A DNA stretch of 62,326 nucleotides from Alphaproteobacteria bacterium. GTDB lineage: Bacteria > Pseudomonadota > Alphaproteobacteria > Rhodobacterales > Rhodobacteraceae. Positions within the stretch are counted from its first letter, which is position 1. Each line of letters opens with the position of its first letter. This document shows, in pieces, positions 44,927-54,677 of the stretch. The notes below the pieces were generated by a model that saw nothing but the letters and a program-made list of their open reading frames with translations, had not been told where the DNA came from and ran no database searches. The position numbers were made by a program, and so were the translations under genes. Where the stretch lies: positions 1-62,326 of the forward strand of contig JAUIDM010000001.1 of the NCBI GenBank assembly GCA_030428915.1, written 5' to 3'.

Positions 44927-45520
44927 TTACGCCGCCCTCCGGTCATCGATCTCGATCAGCGCGTCGAGCGGCACCCGGTAAGGCAGCATCTCGTCGAAAT
45001 CCTCGCAATTCCCTGAGTTCTGCACGATCGCATGGGTATCGCTGGCATCCTTGAGGATCACTCGGAAGGTGCCGCCGAGTCCGGAGGGGACATCATAGGT
45101 GCCGCCGATCAGGTAGTCGGCGGCGCGGCGCAGGAAGACCCGGATCGTGTGGCCGTCGGTCGCCAGCCGGATGGTGTCGTGTCCGCGATCGATGAGCATC
45201 TGCACATCATCGAGAATGTCGGTATAGAACTGGCCCGTCAGATCGCGAAACGCCGCCTGCCGCGCCGCCATCCAGTCCGGGTCGCGGAACGGATCGATAC
45301 CGTCCGCGAAGGCGAATGACGGATCGGCGCGTTCGGTGGTGACGATCCGCGTGGTCGTGCCATCGATCCCGTTCGAGCGCAGATGGACGCCATTGCCGAC
45401 TATAAGGATCAAGGCGGGTTTGCCGACCGGGCCATTCCAGTTCGGCAGGAAGGTGGAGCAGCTGCGCGCATGCGCGATCTGGGCCGCGACGCTCGCGGCG
45501 GTAAAGCTGAGAAGTGCCAT
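44927..45520 (-). CDS. Hypothetical protein (DUF3085-like N-terminus)
   Basis: LILIVGNGVHLRSNG...FADGIDP; in operon context. Confidence 0.7.
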   Translation of the reverse strand: MALLSFTAASVAAQIAHARSCSTFLPNWNGPVGKPALILIVGNGVHLRSNGIDGTTTRIVTTERADPSFAFADGIDPFRDPDWMAARQAAFRDLTGQFYTDILDDVQMLIDRGHDTIRLATDGHTIRVFLRRAADYLIGGTYDVPSGLGGTFRVILKDASDTHAIVQNSGNCEDFDEMLPYRVPLDALIEIDDRRAA

Positions 45521-45590
45521 GGAATTTACCTGTAAGATGGAGGGAGGGGTGCGACCCGCGCCGGACATGCCGGGCGGGCCGCCTGCTCGA

Positions 45591-47564
45591 TCAGGCCGCT
45601 TTGGCGACCTCGGTTGCGTCTACGGGTGTCTCGGACTCGCCAGCATCAACCGGCTCGACGCCTGCCGTTTGCATCATCGGCGGACACCAGGTCGCGACGG
45701 CGGCCCTCTGCGCATCCGTCAGCGTGGCGAAGGGCTCAGCGAAAAGCTTGTCACAGAATTCGACGACTTGCTTTTTGGTCGAGGAAGCCAGTGTCATCGC
45801 CTCCTGCGCGAGTCCCAATTCCTCGCCGAGGATTTTGAGGAGCCAGGCCTTCTTGAAGCGGTTGAAGAGTGCCGCGTTCGGCGTCCAGTGCGCGCGGATG
45901 TCCGGCATGATCTCGACCTCGAAATCGTGCATCAAGCTATCGCGCTGCCGGTCCCGCGCAAAGCAGGACTGCGTGGTCGCCGCCGTGGCATAGGCCACGA
46001 GCCTGGCCTTCTCCACCGCGTCAAGCGCCCGAAACAGGGCGAACTGGTCGGCGGGGGATTTCGCGTCATCGGCCCAGGAGAGGTCGAGCGCGTCATGGGC
46101 CTCGCCCACCTGTTCGAGCGAAGTACCATCGATCTCGTCCATCTTCGCATGGCTGCGATATTCCTGGCGGGCATCGACCTTGATCGCCTGTGTCACACCC
46201 ATACCGTGGCCCAGCACGTCGGTGACCAGTTTGAAGGGCGTGAGATCCAGCGTGGCCTCCGGGTGCATCGCCATGGCCGCACCGAGCGCCATTGCCCGCT
46301 CGGTCTTCAGGTCCTCGGTCAGCGAGGCGGGATAGGTGATCTCGTCGCTGTGCGCCGCGCCCGGGTCCTTTGATGTGCCGGACGCCTTGCCGGCGTTTTC
46401 GACCCTGTCGTCGGGGCGCACGAGACCAACATGCAGGGAGATCTTGCCCTGCGCCCAGGTGGCGATCACCCCGGATCGCGCGAGATCCTCGGCGCTGTAA
46501 GCCTCCTGCAGATCCCGTGCCTCGGCCTCCAGCTCGTCCACGCGTTCGTAGAGTTTATTGTACGCCTCGTCCTCGAGCTCCTCGTTCTCCATTTCGCGCT
46601 CGAGCATCTCGAGTTCGGTGGTGATCACGTCCAAGCGCTTCTGGCCCTTTTCATCGGGCTCGACCGGACCCGGATAGACGCGGCCATAGTCCGCCATCGC
46701 AGCATAGTCGTACTGGATCACCGCGTCGGCCCAGGCAAAGCCGATCTCCGCCCGCACCTCTTCGGCGGCGGCCGCGAGTTTTTCGAGGAGGATCGTCTCG
46801 ACCAGCGCGGAATCTTCGAGCACGGAATGTTCGTCCAGGAGATCGGCTGCGATGGCACCGCCCCGCGCCTCGTAATCCTTCCGCACGAAGGCGCCGATAT
46901 CGTCGCTGACCTGCACGCCGCGGGATTTGAGCGCATTGCGGACCGTATACGCCTGCAGGTAGCTGTCCTCCTTGGTCAGCGCCTCGAAGACCTCGCGCTG
47001 CACCTCCTGGCTCGGGTGATCGGCGAAGGCTTTCATCGTGTCGAGCGTGATCGATTTGGCGCGGGCCGCGGCGCGGATGTCGGGATGGATGAGCCCGTAG
47101 CGCAGACGGCCCTTCACGGCGGCCACGGTCGTGCCAAATGTCCTGGCGATGGTCTCGGGCGTCTGGCCGTCGACCTCCATCATCCGCGCGAAGGCCTCGA
47201 ACTCGTCGATCGCGTTCATCGGCGCCTGGGTGATGTTTTCCGCGAGCGACAGCGCGGTGGTCACGTCGCAATCGTCCGGAACCATGCGGCAGTCGATCTT
47301 CGTTTTGGCCGTGAACCCCTTGGCGGCCTTGTCCGCGACCAGTTCCAGGAGCGCCGCGTGGCGACGGCCGCCGGCGAGGACGCCGAACTTGCCACAGGTC
47401 TTCTGGACGAGCAGCGGCTGCAGGAGGCCAAGCACGGCGATGCTGGCCTTCAGATGCGCGATGTTCTCGGGGGCATAGGTTTCGGGGGAATTCACCCGCA
47501 CATTGGCCGGATGGGCCGCGAGATCGCCGATGGCGACGGAAACGGGTTTGAACGCTTGGGTCAT
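45591..47564 (-). CDS. parB: Large ParB-family protein (leading-region type)
   Basis: NVR..LKASI...GLLQPL, AGGRRH, SLAEN, HTH; no adjacent parA. Confidence 0.9.
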   Translation of the reverse strand: MTQAFKPVSVAIGDLAAHPANVRVNSPETYAPENIAHLKASIAVLGLLQPLLVQKTCGKFGVLAGGRRHAALLELVADKAAKGFTAKTKIDCRMVPDDCDVTTALSLAENITQAPMNAIDEFEAFARMMEVDGQTPETIARTFGTTVAAVKGRLRYGLIHPDIRAAARAKSITLDTMKAFADHPSQEVQREVFEALTKEDSYLQAYTVRNALKSRGVQVSDDIGAFVRKDYEARGGAIAADLLDEHSVLEDSALVETILLEKLAAAAEEVRAEIGFAWADAVIQYDYAAMADYGRVYPGPVEPDEKGQKRLDVITTELEMLEREMENEELEDEAYNKLYERVDELEAEARDLQEAYSAEDLARSGVIATWAQGKISLHVGLVRPDDRVENAGKASGTSKDPGAAHSDEITYPASLTEDLKTERAMALGAAMAMHPEATLDLTPFKLVTDVLGHGMGVTQAIKVDARQEYRSHAKMDEIDGTSLEQVGEAHDALDLSWADDAKSPADQFALFRALDAVEKARLVAYATAATTQSCFARDRQRDSLMHDFEVEIMPDIRAHWTPNAALFNRFKKAWLLKILGEELGLAQEAMTLASSTKKQVVEFCDKLFAEPFATLTDAQRAAVATWCPPMMQTAGVEPVDAGESETPVDATEVAKAA

Positions 47565-47711
47565 GGGATGTCCTTTTCTGGGTTTTGCGCCACCCGGACG
47601 TCCCGGGCGGCCTCACCGATCCCCGGATCCGGGAATCAACAGGACAAAAGGCCCGCATTCCCTTTCATGGGGTCAGCGGGCCTTTCACTGCTCGGCAGGC
47701 TTGGCCCGCCC

Positions 47712-48101
47712 TTACCAGTCGTGCGCCATCATGACGGTCAGCACGCGCACGGTGGTCTTGGGGTTGTCGGGGGTCTCGGCACCGTATCGGAAGTCAGAGT
47801 CGGCCTCGAACATGTCGATTTTCCAGAACACGGTCTCACCGCGGATCGTGACCGCCCCGAAATCGTGCCAGCCCTCCGGATCGTTCTCAGGCTCGAAGGT
47901 GTCGAACTCCCCGGTGGCTTTCACCGCCTCGGCCATGAAGCCGTCGCCGGCCTCCATCAATGACGGTGTCACGTGCATTCGCCCCTGGATCGGTTGATCC
48001 GGCGCGACGCCAAGACAGGCAAGCCTGCGGAAGGCGTCGTTCTGCGCGGCGATGGCGGCGGCGGCGGGTGGGGAGAGCTCGGCGGGTTCGGGGGTGCTCA
48101 T
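47712..48101 (-). CDS. DUF3768 protein
   Basis: IAAQNDAFR, NDPEGWHDFG, FWKID, RVLTVM. Confidence 0.85.
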   Translation of the reverse strand: MSTPEPAELSPPAAAAIAAQNDAFRRLACLGVAPDQPIQGRMHVTPSLMEAGDGFMAEAVKATGEFDTFEPENDPEGWHDFGAVTIRGETVFWKIDMFEADSDFRYGAETPDNPKTTVRVLTVMMAHDW

Positions 48102-48191
48102 GCGTCTGTCCTTTCCAAATGGGTTGAAACCACCTGACCCAAGGCCCGCTTTCTCTTTCCTGGCCGGTCTCAGTTGCAACGGCGCCCCGCC

Positions 48192-49115
48192 TTAGGCGGC
48201 CTGTTCCCCCTGCCCCGCCTCCGACGCGGCGACAAGAAAGTCGCAGGCCCGCTGTGCGTCTGCCGCGTGTTTGAAGATCGCGCGTTTGTCCGACCGGAGT
48301 ACCCGCACCCAGTTGTCAAGATAGGCCGCGTTCAGCTCCAGTGTATGCGCGGAAAACCCCAACTTCTGGCCAAGGAGAACCGTGCAGAGCTCGGCCACGA
48401 TCTCCTCGCGTGCATAAGCGGTGTTGCCGAACCTGGAATCGCCGTAGCTGCGGTTCAGCCTGTGCCGGGGTTTGGTCCAATGGCCGAGTTCGTGCCCCCA
48501 GACGGCGTAGAAATTCCGCGGGTCCTCAAAGAGCTCGATCGGCGGCAGGTAGATCTTGTCGAGCGTCGGGACATAGCAGGCTTCTCGGCCGGAGAAGCTG
48601 ACATTGGCGCCGATGGCCTCGAAAAAGGCCTGCATATATGGGATCGGCGCGCGTTCAGGATACGCCTCCGTCACGGGCGGCTCCGGGTGAAACCGGGCAT
48701 CGAGCCCCTCGATTTGGTCCGCATTGAAGACGCGGTAGGACTTCATGAAGGGAATGCTCTTGGGGTCTTCCGTGTCCGGATCGTCGTTGTGGGCGTCTTC
48801 TTCGCCGCCCCGTTCGGCGGTGCCGTAATAGACGACAATCGAGGACTTCGACCCCTTGATGACCTTCGCGTCCAGGTCGTTCGCCTGCTTCAGGGTCATC
48901 CAGAAGGGCGAGGTATATCCGGCCATCATGGTGCGCATGGTCAGCAGGAAGTTGTTGACGCCCTGGTAGGGCTCCCCGTTCTGCCGGAGCGGCATGGAAC
49001 TGCCCCCTACGGTCCAGGGTTTGCGCCAGGGCAAAACGCCCCGGTCGATGATCTCGATGAGTTCGTTGGTGATCGACGCCGCGGCGTCGAATTTTGGCTT
49101 GGTGAATTTGGCCAT
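48192..49115 (-). CDS. ardC: ArdC antirestriction ssDNA-binding protein
   Basis: PWRKPW, YQGVN, WMTLKQA, VFNADQ, HELGHWT, YAREEIVAEL. Confidence 0.95.
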   Translation of the reverse strand: MAKFTKPKFDAAASITNELIEIIDRGVLPWRKPWTVGGSSMPLRQNGEPYQGVNNFLLTMRTMMAGYTSPFWMTLKQANDLDAKVIKGSKSSIVVYYGTAERGGEEDAHNDDPDTEDPKSIPFMKSYRVFNADQIEGLDARFHPEPPVTEAYPERAPIPYMQAFFEAIGANVSFSGREACYVPTLDKIYLPPIELFEDPRNFYAVWGHELGHWTKPRHRLNRSYGDSRFGNTAYAREEIVAELCTVLLGQKLGFSAHTLELNAAYLDNWVRVLRSDKRAIFKHAADAQRACDFLVAASEAGQGEQAA

Positions 49116-49497
49116 GAATGGTCTCCGATGTCCGAAGGAGCGCAAGGCAACCGTGCGCGGACCGGAGAATGGTTTTGGAAGGCAGCCCCGTGGTGGGGGA
49201 GCAGGACCCCTGCGGAACCCCGCCAGACCATTTCCACATTCTCCGGATCCGAAAGAACCCAAAGCCCACTTTTACTCTTTCAGTTCACAGGGACGACCAA
49301 CCTTCTGACCCGCTTTTGACGAATGTCTGGACAACTGGCGGGGAACGCACGGCATGGCATCGTCGTCGAGGCCCAGCCTTTCCAGAACCCCGAAGGGACC
49401 ACACCCCACAAAGGTCATGCCGTGCAATCTTGCAAACAAGCGGAAAGTATTGCCTGGTTTTCAACGGTATTCTGAATAGATACTGTCGTTCGGTGAT

Positions 49498-51314
49498 CTA
49501 CTCACCCATGGCAATCCCTTCGCGTCGAGGGTCGGCTCCACCGGTCAAGCTGTCGCCAATAGCGATGGCATGGAGCCCGGAGTCGAGGGATTGGACGTTG
49601 GACTTGTAGCCCATCCCCTGCAATGCGTTCTCCAGAGCAGCGGCATCTGTACCCTCCTCCAGATCCATCGTCCCGAAGCGATTCAGGACATGCGGCGCGG
49701 ACACGGCCTGCTGCACGTCCATACTCCAGTCAATATGGTTGATGATCGCCTGCGCGACATAGCCGATGATCCGGCTGCCACCGGGCGATCCGATCACCAG
49801 AACGGGGGCTCCATCGCGCATGACAATCGTCGGCGCCATTGAGGAACGCGGCCGCTTTCCCGGCTCCACGCGATTGGCGATGGGCAATCCGTTCTCATGT
49901 GTCGCAAAACTGAAATCAGTCAGTTCGTTATTGAGCAGAAAACCCCGCACGAACAGTCGCGACCCAAAGCCATTCTCGATCGTTGTGGTCATTGAAAGGG
50001 CGTTGCCTTCTCTGTCAACGATCGAAATATGGCTGGTGGAGGGAAGCTCGATGGAAGCATCACTCCCCCATAGCATCGCATGATCCCATTCCGGCATCCC
50101 CGGCGTGACATCATCAAGCGCCCGATGCCCTTTTGCGGGATCGCTTTCGAGCAGCTTTGCGCGGTCTTCGAGGTAAGCTGGCGCGGTCAGACCGTCCGTT
50201 GGCATCGGTACATAGTCGCTGTCAGCCATGTAGCGCCCGCGGTCGGCGAAAGCGAGACGCGAGGCATCGCCGATCAGCCGCCATGCTTCGGGGCTTTCCG
50301 GCCCAAGCGCCGCCAGATCGGTATGTTCGACGATGCCCAAGATTTGACCGACCGTCAGCGCGCCAGACGATGGCGGCCCCATTCCACAGACATCATAGGC
50401 GCGATAGGTCACACAGACCGGTGCGCGTTCGATGACGTCATAAAGTGCAAGATCCGTCATGCTCAGAAGCCCTGGATTGCCCTCGGCCGTTCGAACCGTT
50501 CGGACGATGTCCTCTGCAATCGGGCCGGTGTAGAAGGCGCGACTGCCGTCCCTGGCAATGGACCTCAGCGTCGCCGCGTAGTCGGCATTGGTCACAACGT
50601 CACCTGCTTCAAGCGCTGCGCCGCCCGGAAAGAAATAAGCCGCGGTTGCGGGATATCTCTGAAGCCGTTCGCCATCCTCGGAGATGAGTTGGGCGAGGCG
50701 CGGCGAAGCGGCGAAGCCATGCTCAGCCAGATCTATAGCCTTGGAAAAAAGATCGCCCCAGTTGGCCTTGCCCCATCGACGATGCGCTTCCTCCAGCAGG
50801 CGCGGTGTTCCCGGCGCCCCGACGGACCGGCCACCGACGACCGCATCGAAGAACTTCAACGGAACACCGTCTTCATCCTGGAAATACTGGGGCGTTGCAT
50901 CGAACGGCGCGGTCTCACGCCCGTCGAGCGTGGTCAGGATGCCGGTCCCCGCGTCATACCAGACCAGAAAGGCACCGCCACCCAGGCCCGAACTTTGCGG
51001 TTCCACCAGCCCCAGGACAGCCTGCACGGCGACCATCGCATCCGCCGCAGTCCCCCCGTCGCGTAACACCTCGGCGCCCGCGTCGACAGCGAGAGGATTG
51101 GCCGCGACAACCATCCAGTCGTTGGCCTCGACCGGATGACCGGACGTCTTGGTCCCGATCGCCGCCTGTGCCGCCTCGGATATCCAACGAACACTTCCCG
51201 GGCGCTGGGGTCCACGTGGCCCGATTCAGGCTGGATTGCATCCGTTGCCTGTTGAGCCCACCCCGGGGCCGCCAGTATCAACACCAACGCGGTGGCCACC
51301 AATTTGGCGCGCAT
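49498..51314 (-). pseudogene. ggt: Gamma-glutamyltransferase, frameshifted near 51185
   Basis: Signal peptide MRAKLVATALVLILAAPGWA (ATG 51314) is out of frame with ISEAAQAA..WMVVAANP, EPQSSGLGGG, TSHISIVD, GKRPRSSM, GSPGGSRI. Confidence 0.8.
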
Positions 51315-51567
51315 CAGAACCTCCCATCCTGCACCGGTCAATTCTGCCGGAGATCGGGATGAAGTCAAATCCAGATGGGTTGTGAAGAACGCGCGGGCAT
51401 CGCTATCCGGAGCGCATATTGCCGCGGATGTGCGCGACGATTAGATCGTATCGGCCACCCTGCGCCCCGGTTATGTGTACTCCGGCTGGTCCAATGCTGT
51501 AGAACCTGAAATCCTCTCTCGACACAGGCAAACCGTGATACTGGTCCGGTCACCGCCAGATGAAAGG

Positions 51568-51700
51568 GTGAGTGGGCAAAACTTGGGGGTATCTGTGTAT
51601 GTTGGTGGTGCATTGAGAGGGAAGCTGCCATAGACGTGCGGATTATTGTCGAGACGACCTGCGAGAACGGAACGACGACCCCCAGGGTTTGCCCACTCCC
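51568..51700 (+). mobile_element. Second miniature ISKra4-family remnant (left end, N-terminal codons, right end)
   Basis: GTGAGTGGGCAAAACTTGGGGGT...GACCCCCAGGGTTTGCCCACTCCC, the same IR family as 34-252; interior reads DVRIIVETTCENG. Confidence 0.75.
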
Positions 51701-51848
51701 ACGTGACAACGCCGAACGCTGCAATCCGATGAGCACGCAGTGCGGGCGAAGCGGGCGATTTTTTCCGCCAATGAGGGTCAGGCCGGTTGCTGCCGCGAAA
51801 CCGGTCGCGCCAGGATCCCGCCGATCCGGTCGGGAGGCCCTCCGGCGG

Positions 51849-52796
51849 TCACTCTCTGCTTTCCAGCCGCCCCATCAGGGCCTGCGCCGTAAAAAGGTCC
51901 AGATGCCCGCCGCCGACATTCTTGCAGACGGTGATTTCCTCGTCGTTGCGGCGTCCGAGATGCGTGCCCTGCGCAAGTTCGTAGTGATCGGCCCGCACGG
52001 CTTCCCAGCCGATCACCCCGGCGGCCACGGGCTGACAAAGATCGCCCGCGTTTTCCATGCCGCCGCGCGTGTCGACGAACAGGGTGCCACGGGTCACGCA
52101 GGTGTCGTCGCATTCCCGCATATCGGGCAGATAGGCCCCGACCAGATCGAGGTGGGCGCCGGGTTTCAGCAACGCGCCCTTGACCAGCGGCGCGCGAGAC
52201 ATCGTAACGCAGGAAATGACATCGGCCTCGGCCACGGCGGCATCGAGGTCGGCGACCACCTCCGCCGCCACGCCGTCGTGCCGGAGCCTGGCGCGCAGCG
52301 CTTCGGCGCGCGCGGGCGTCCGGTTCCAGATCATCACGCGGCTGAGCGAGGGACGTACGGCGCGGTGGGCAGCGATCAAATGCGGGGCGAGCCCCCCGGC
52401 GCCGACGACCAGAAGAACCTCTGCGTCGTGGCGGGCGAGAAACGCAGCGCCAAGGCCACTGTCCGCGGCGGTCTTGCGGAAGGTCATCGCCTCGCCATCG
52501 GTCACCAGCCTGGGCGCGCCGGTGTTCGCGTCGAACACCGCGACGATGCCCTGCACGCTGGCTTGCGGCGGGTCGTGTTTCAGGTTGCCTGGAAAGACCC
52601 CGACCAGCTTGGCGGCGATCGCGCCCCCGCCCTTCCAGCCGAGCAGGCTGACAAACTGGTTGCCGCTGCCCGCCGGATCGTCGGCCACGATGTGGGCGCC
52701 GAAGGGGGGAGCGCCAAGATGCGCCTGCCGCAACGCCTCGATCAGATAGTGGTAGTCCAGAAGGCGATGGACCTCTTCGGCGGTGACGAGCTGCAT
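51849..52796 (-). CDS. Ornithine cyclodeaminase/mu-crystallin family protein
   Basis: KLVGVFPGN, T.RKTAADS, GAGGLA, WNRT, HLDLVGA, KNVG...DL. Confidence 0.92.
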   Translation of the reverse strand: MQLVTAEEVHRLLDYHYLIEALRQAHLGAPPFGAHIVADDPAGSGNQFVSLLGWKGGGAIAAKLVGVFPGNLKHDPPQASVQGIVAVFDANTGAPRLVTDGEAMTFRKTAADSGLGAAFLARHDAEVLLVVGAGGLAPHLIAAHRAVRPSLSRVMIWNRTPARAEALRARLRHDGVAAEVVADLDAAVAEADVISCVTMSRAPLVKGALLKPGAHLDLVGAYLPDMRECDDTCVTRGTLFVDTRGGMENAGDLCQPVAAGVIGWEAVRADHYELAQGTHLGRRNDEEITVCKNVGGGHLDLFTAQALMGRLESRE

Positions 52797-52811
52797 GGGG
52801 ACTCCTTGGCG

Positions 52812-53504
52812 TCAGCTGCGCAGGGAATAGGTGATGAGATGCGTGGGCGTGACGAGGCGCGAAAAGGCAATGGGCCGGTCATCCGCGGCAAGCACGGTTT
52901 TGTCGATCTGCCAGACCGGGTCTGTCGGTCCGACCCTCAGATGGCGCCGTTCGGCGGGGGAGGCAAAGCCGACCGCAAGGGTGCGGTCGGCGGCAACCGG
53001 CTCGGGGCCGCCCGTGTCGCGCAGGGTCTGAAAAAACGAGGCGCCCCGCTGGACGGGGCCGATCACCGCGGGAAGTACGACGGGATCCAGAAACAGGCTC
53101 TCCAGCGTCAGCGGGCGGTTGTCGACGCGAATCAGGCGGTCGATCCGCAGCAGGGGCCCGGGCCCCAGAACCGCCGCCTTGTCATCGCGCTTCTCTTCGA
53201 CATCCAGCACCGTATGGGTGACCTCGCCCTCCGCCGCGAAGGCTTCGGAGAAGCCGGTGAGCGTGACAAGCTGCTGGGCGATCGGCGGGCGGGTGACTAC
53301 GGTGCCACGGCCCTGCTGGCGAAGAAGATAGCCTTCGTCGCAAAGCTCCTTCACCGCGCGGCGCAGGGTGATCCGGCTGACGCCGAGCTCGGCGCAAAGC
53401 GCCGGCTCGGTCGGCAGGAAATCCCCCTCCGTCAGCCTGCCCGACGTGACCCTGTCCTTCAGATCCTGTTTCACGCGGGCATAAAGCGGGGCGAGCTTGT
53501 TCAT
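52812..53504 (-). CDS. GntR (HutC/UTRA) regulator, FrlR-like
   Basis: PLY..LPTE..L...GVSRITLRRA..L...G.L.RQQGRGT. Confidence 0.92.
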   Translation of the reverse strand: MNKLAPLYARVKQDLKDRVTSGRLTEGDFLPTEPALCAELGVSRITLRRAVKELCDEGYLLRQQGRGTVVTRPPIAQQLVTLTGFSEAFAAEGEVTHTVLDVEEKRDDKAAVLGPGPLLRIDRLIRVDNRPLTLESLFLDPVVLPAVIGPVQRGASFFQTLRDTGGPEPVAADRTLAVGFASPAERRHLRVGPTDPVWQIDKTVLAADDRPIAFSRLVTPTHLITYSLRS

Positions 53505-53527
53505 AGAGCGGGATTTCCGACCGGGTC

Positions 53528-54544
53528 TCAGTAGTCGTGAAGCTTCTTCATATAGCGCCGCGCTTCCAGCATTTCCTGGTTGCGCAGGTCGGCGATCTTG
53601 TACGCGAAACGCCACAACGTGTCGAAGAAGACCAGCGGCACGAGGTTGCCCGCCAGATCCGCGTCGATCCCCGACAGATCGAGCCCGGCCGCATCCAACA
53701 CCAGGATGTTCTCTTTGGCGCCGAAGCGCAGAAGGAAGGTTTCGGCCCGATCGGTGAGCGGGCGCGTGCTGTCGAGCCCCTTAAACAGCAGGAAGCTGGC
53801 GTCTTTGTCCAGAACCTCGAAGGGGCCGTGGAAGAACTCGTTGGCGTGGATTGCCTGCGAATTGATCCACTGCATCTCCATCAGCACGCAGATGGCAAAG
53901 GAGTAGGCCGCGCCATAGTCGGCGCCCGAGGCCATGGTGTAGATGACGTTTTTTGTAGCAAGCCGGGGCGCGTAATCGGCAAAGAGCGGGGCAAAGTGGT
54001 CATGCGCCCGGTCGATGGCCGGTTGCAGCGCGTCAAGCGAACCCATCAGCGCGCCCAGCTTGTCCGAACCGTCGAAGATCTGAGCAAGGCCGAGGACGAG
54101 CTGGTAGATCCGGGCGTAGTTGCTGTTCTTGGCGTCGATCGGCACGCCGGTGGTGTACGGCGCCTCGAACCCCACGATATGATCCCCGGCCTTGCCCAGC
54201 GGCGATGCGGGTTCGGTGGTCAGGGTGATCGTCAGCGCCCCGGCGGCCTTGGCGAATTTAGTCGCGGCGACAGTTTCTTTGGTGGTGCCGGTCATGGAGC
54301 AGAGGATGACCAGCGACCTCGCCGTCAGCCGCTTCGGCGCGCGGGCGGTGAACTCGGCGGCGTTCAGCACATCGCTGGGCAGTGCAGCGGAATGCTGGTC
54401 CAGCATGAATTTCGCGGGATACATTATGGAGAGCGAGCCGCCGCAGGCAACGAAGAAGACGTGGTCGACGCCGCGTTCCGCGACGGTTGCGAGGGCGGCG
54501 GCAACGCCGGGATCGAGGCGGGAATCGAATGTGGGAAGGGGCAT
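53528..54544 (-). CDS. frlB: Fructosamine-6-phosphate deglycase (SIS domain)
   Basis: VACGGS, S.TGTTKET, CVLMEMQW, EFFHGPFE, RRYM. Confidence 0.9.
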   Translation of the reverse strand: MPLPTFDSRLDPGVAAALATVAERGVDHVFFVACGGSLSIMYPAKFMLDQHSAALPSDVLNAAEFTARAPKRLTARSLVILCSMTGTTKETVAATKFAKAAGALTITLTTEPASPLGKAGDHIVGFEAPYTTGVPIDAKNSNYARIYQLVLGLAQIFDGSDKLGALMGSLDALQPAIDRAHDHFAPLFADYAPRLATKNVIYTMASGADYGAAYSFAICVLMEMQWINSQAIHANEFFHGPFEVLDKDASFLLFKGLDSTRPLTDRAETFLLRFGAKENILVLDAAGLDLSGIDADLAGNLVPLVFFDTLWRFAYKIADLRNQEMLEARRYMKKLHDY

Positions 54545-54561
54545 TTTGAGACACCAGACTA

Positions 54562-54606
54562 TATGACGTTCTATGACGTATTATGTTTTCGATCCGCTTC
54601 GGTCAA
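54562..54606 (-). promoter_or_regulatory. frlB promoter with tandem TATGACGT boxes (candidate GntR site)
   Basis: TATGACGT at 54562 and 54572 (10-bp period); minus-strand TTGACC at 54606-54601 with an AT-rich -10 region. Confidence 0.55.
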
Positions 54607-54642
54607 CCCGCCAGATGCCGGTTGACATCTCGTGAACGGTAG

Positions 54643-54656
54643 TGAGAAGGTTCTCA
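54643..54656. promoter_or_regulatory. LacI-type operator upstream of frlD
   Basis: TGAGAAGGTTCTCA, downstream of TTGACA at 54622. Confidence 0.65.
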
Positions 54657-54677
54657 TATACTTTCGAGGCGAACGAC

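Noticed and set aside
45591-47564. ParB as part of a ParABS partition system
   Set aside because: No parA or parS seen; size and context fit the leading-region ParB-like type.
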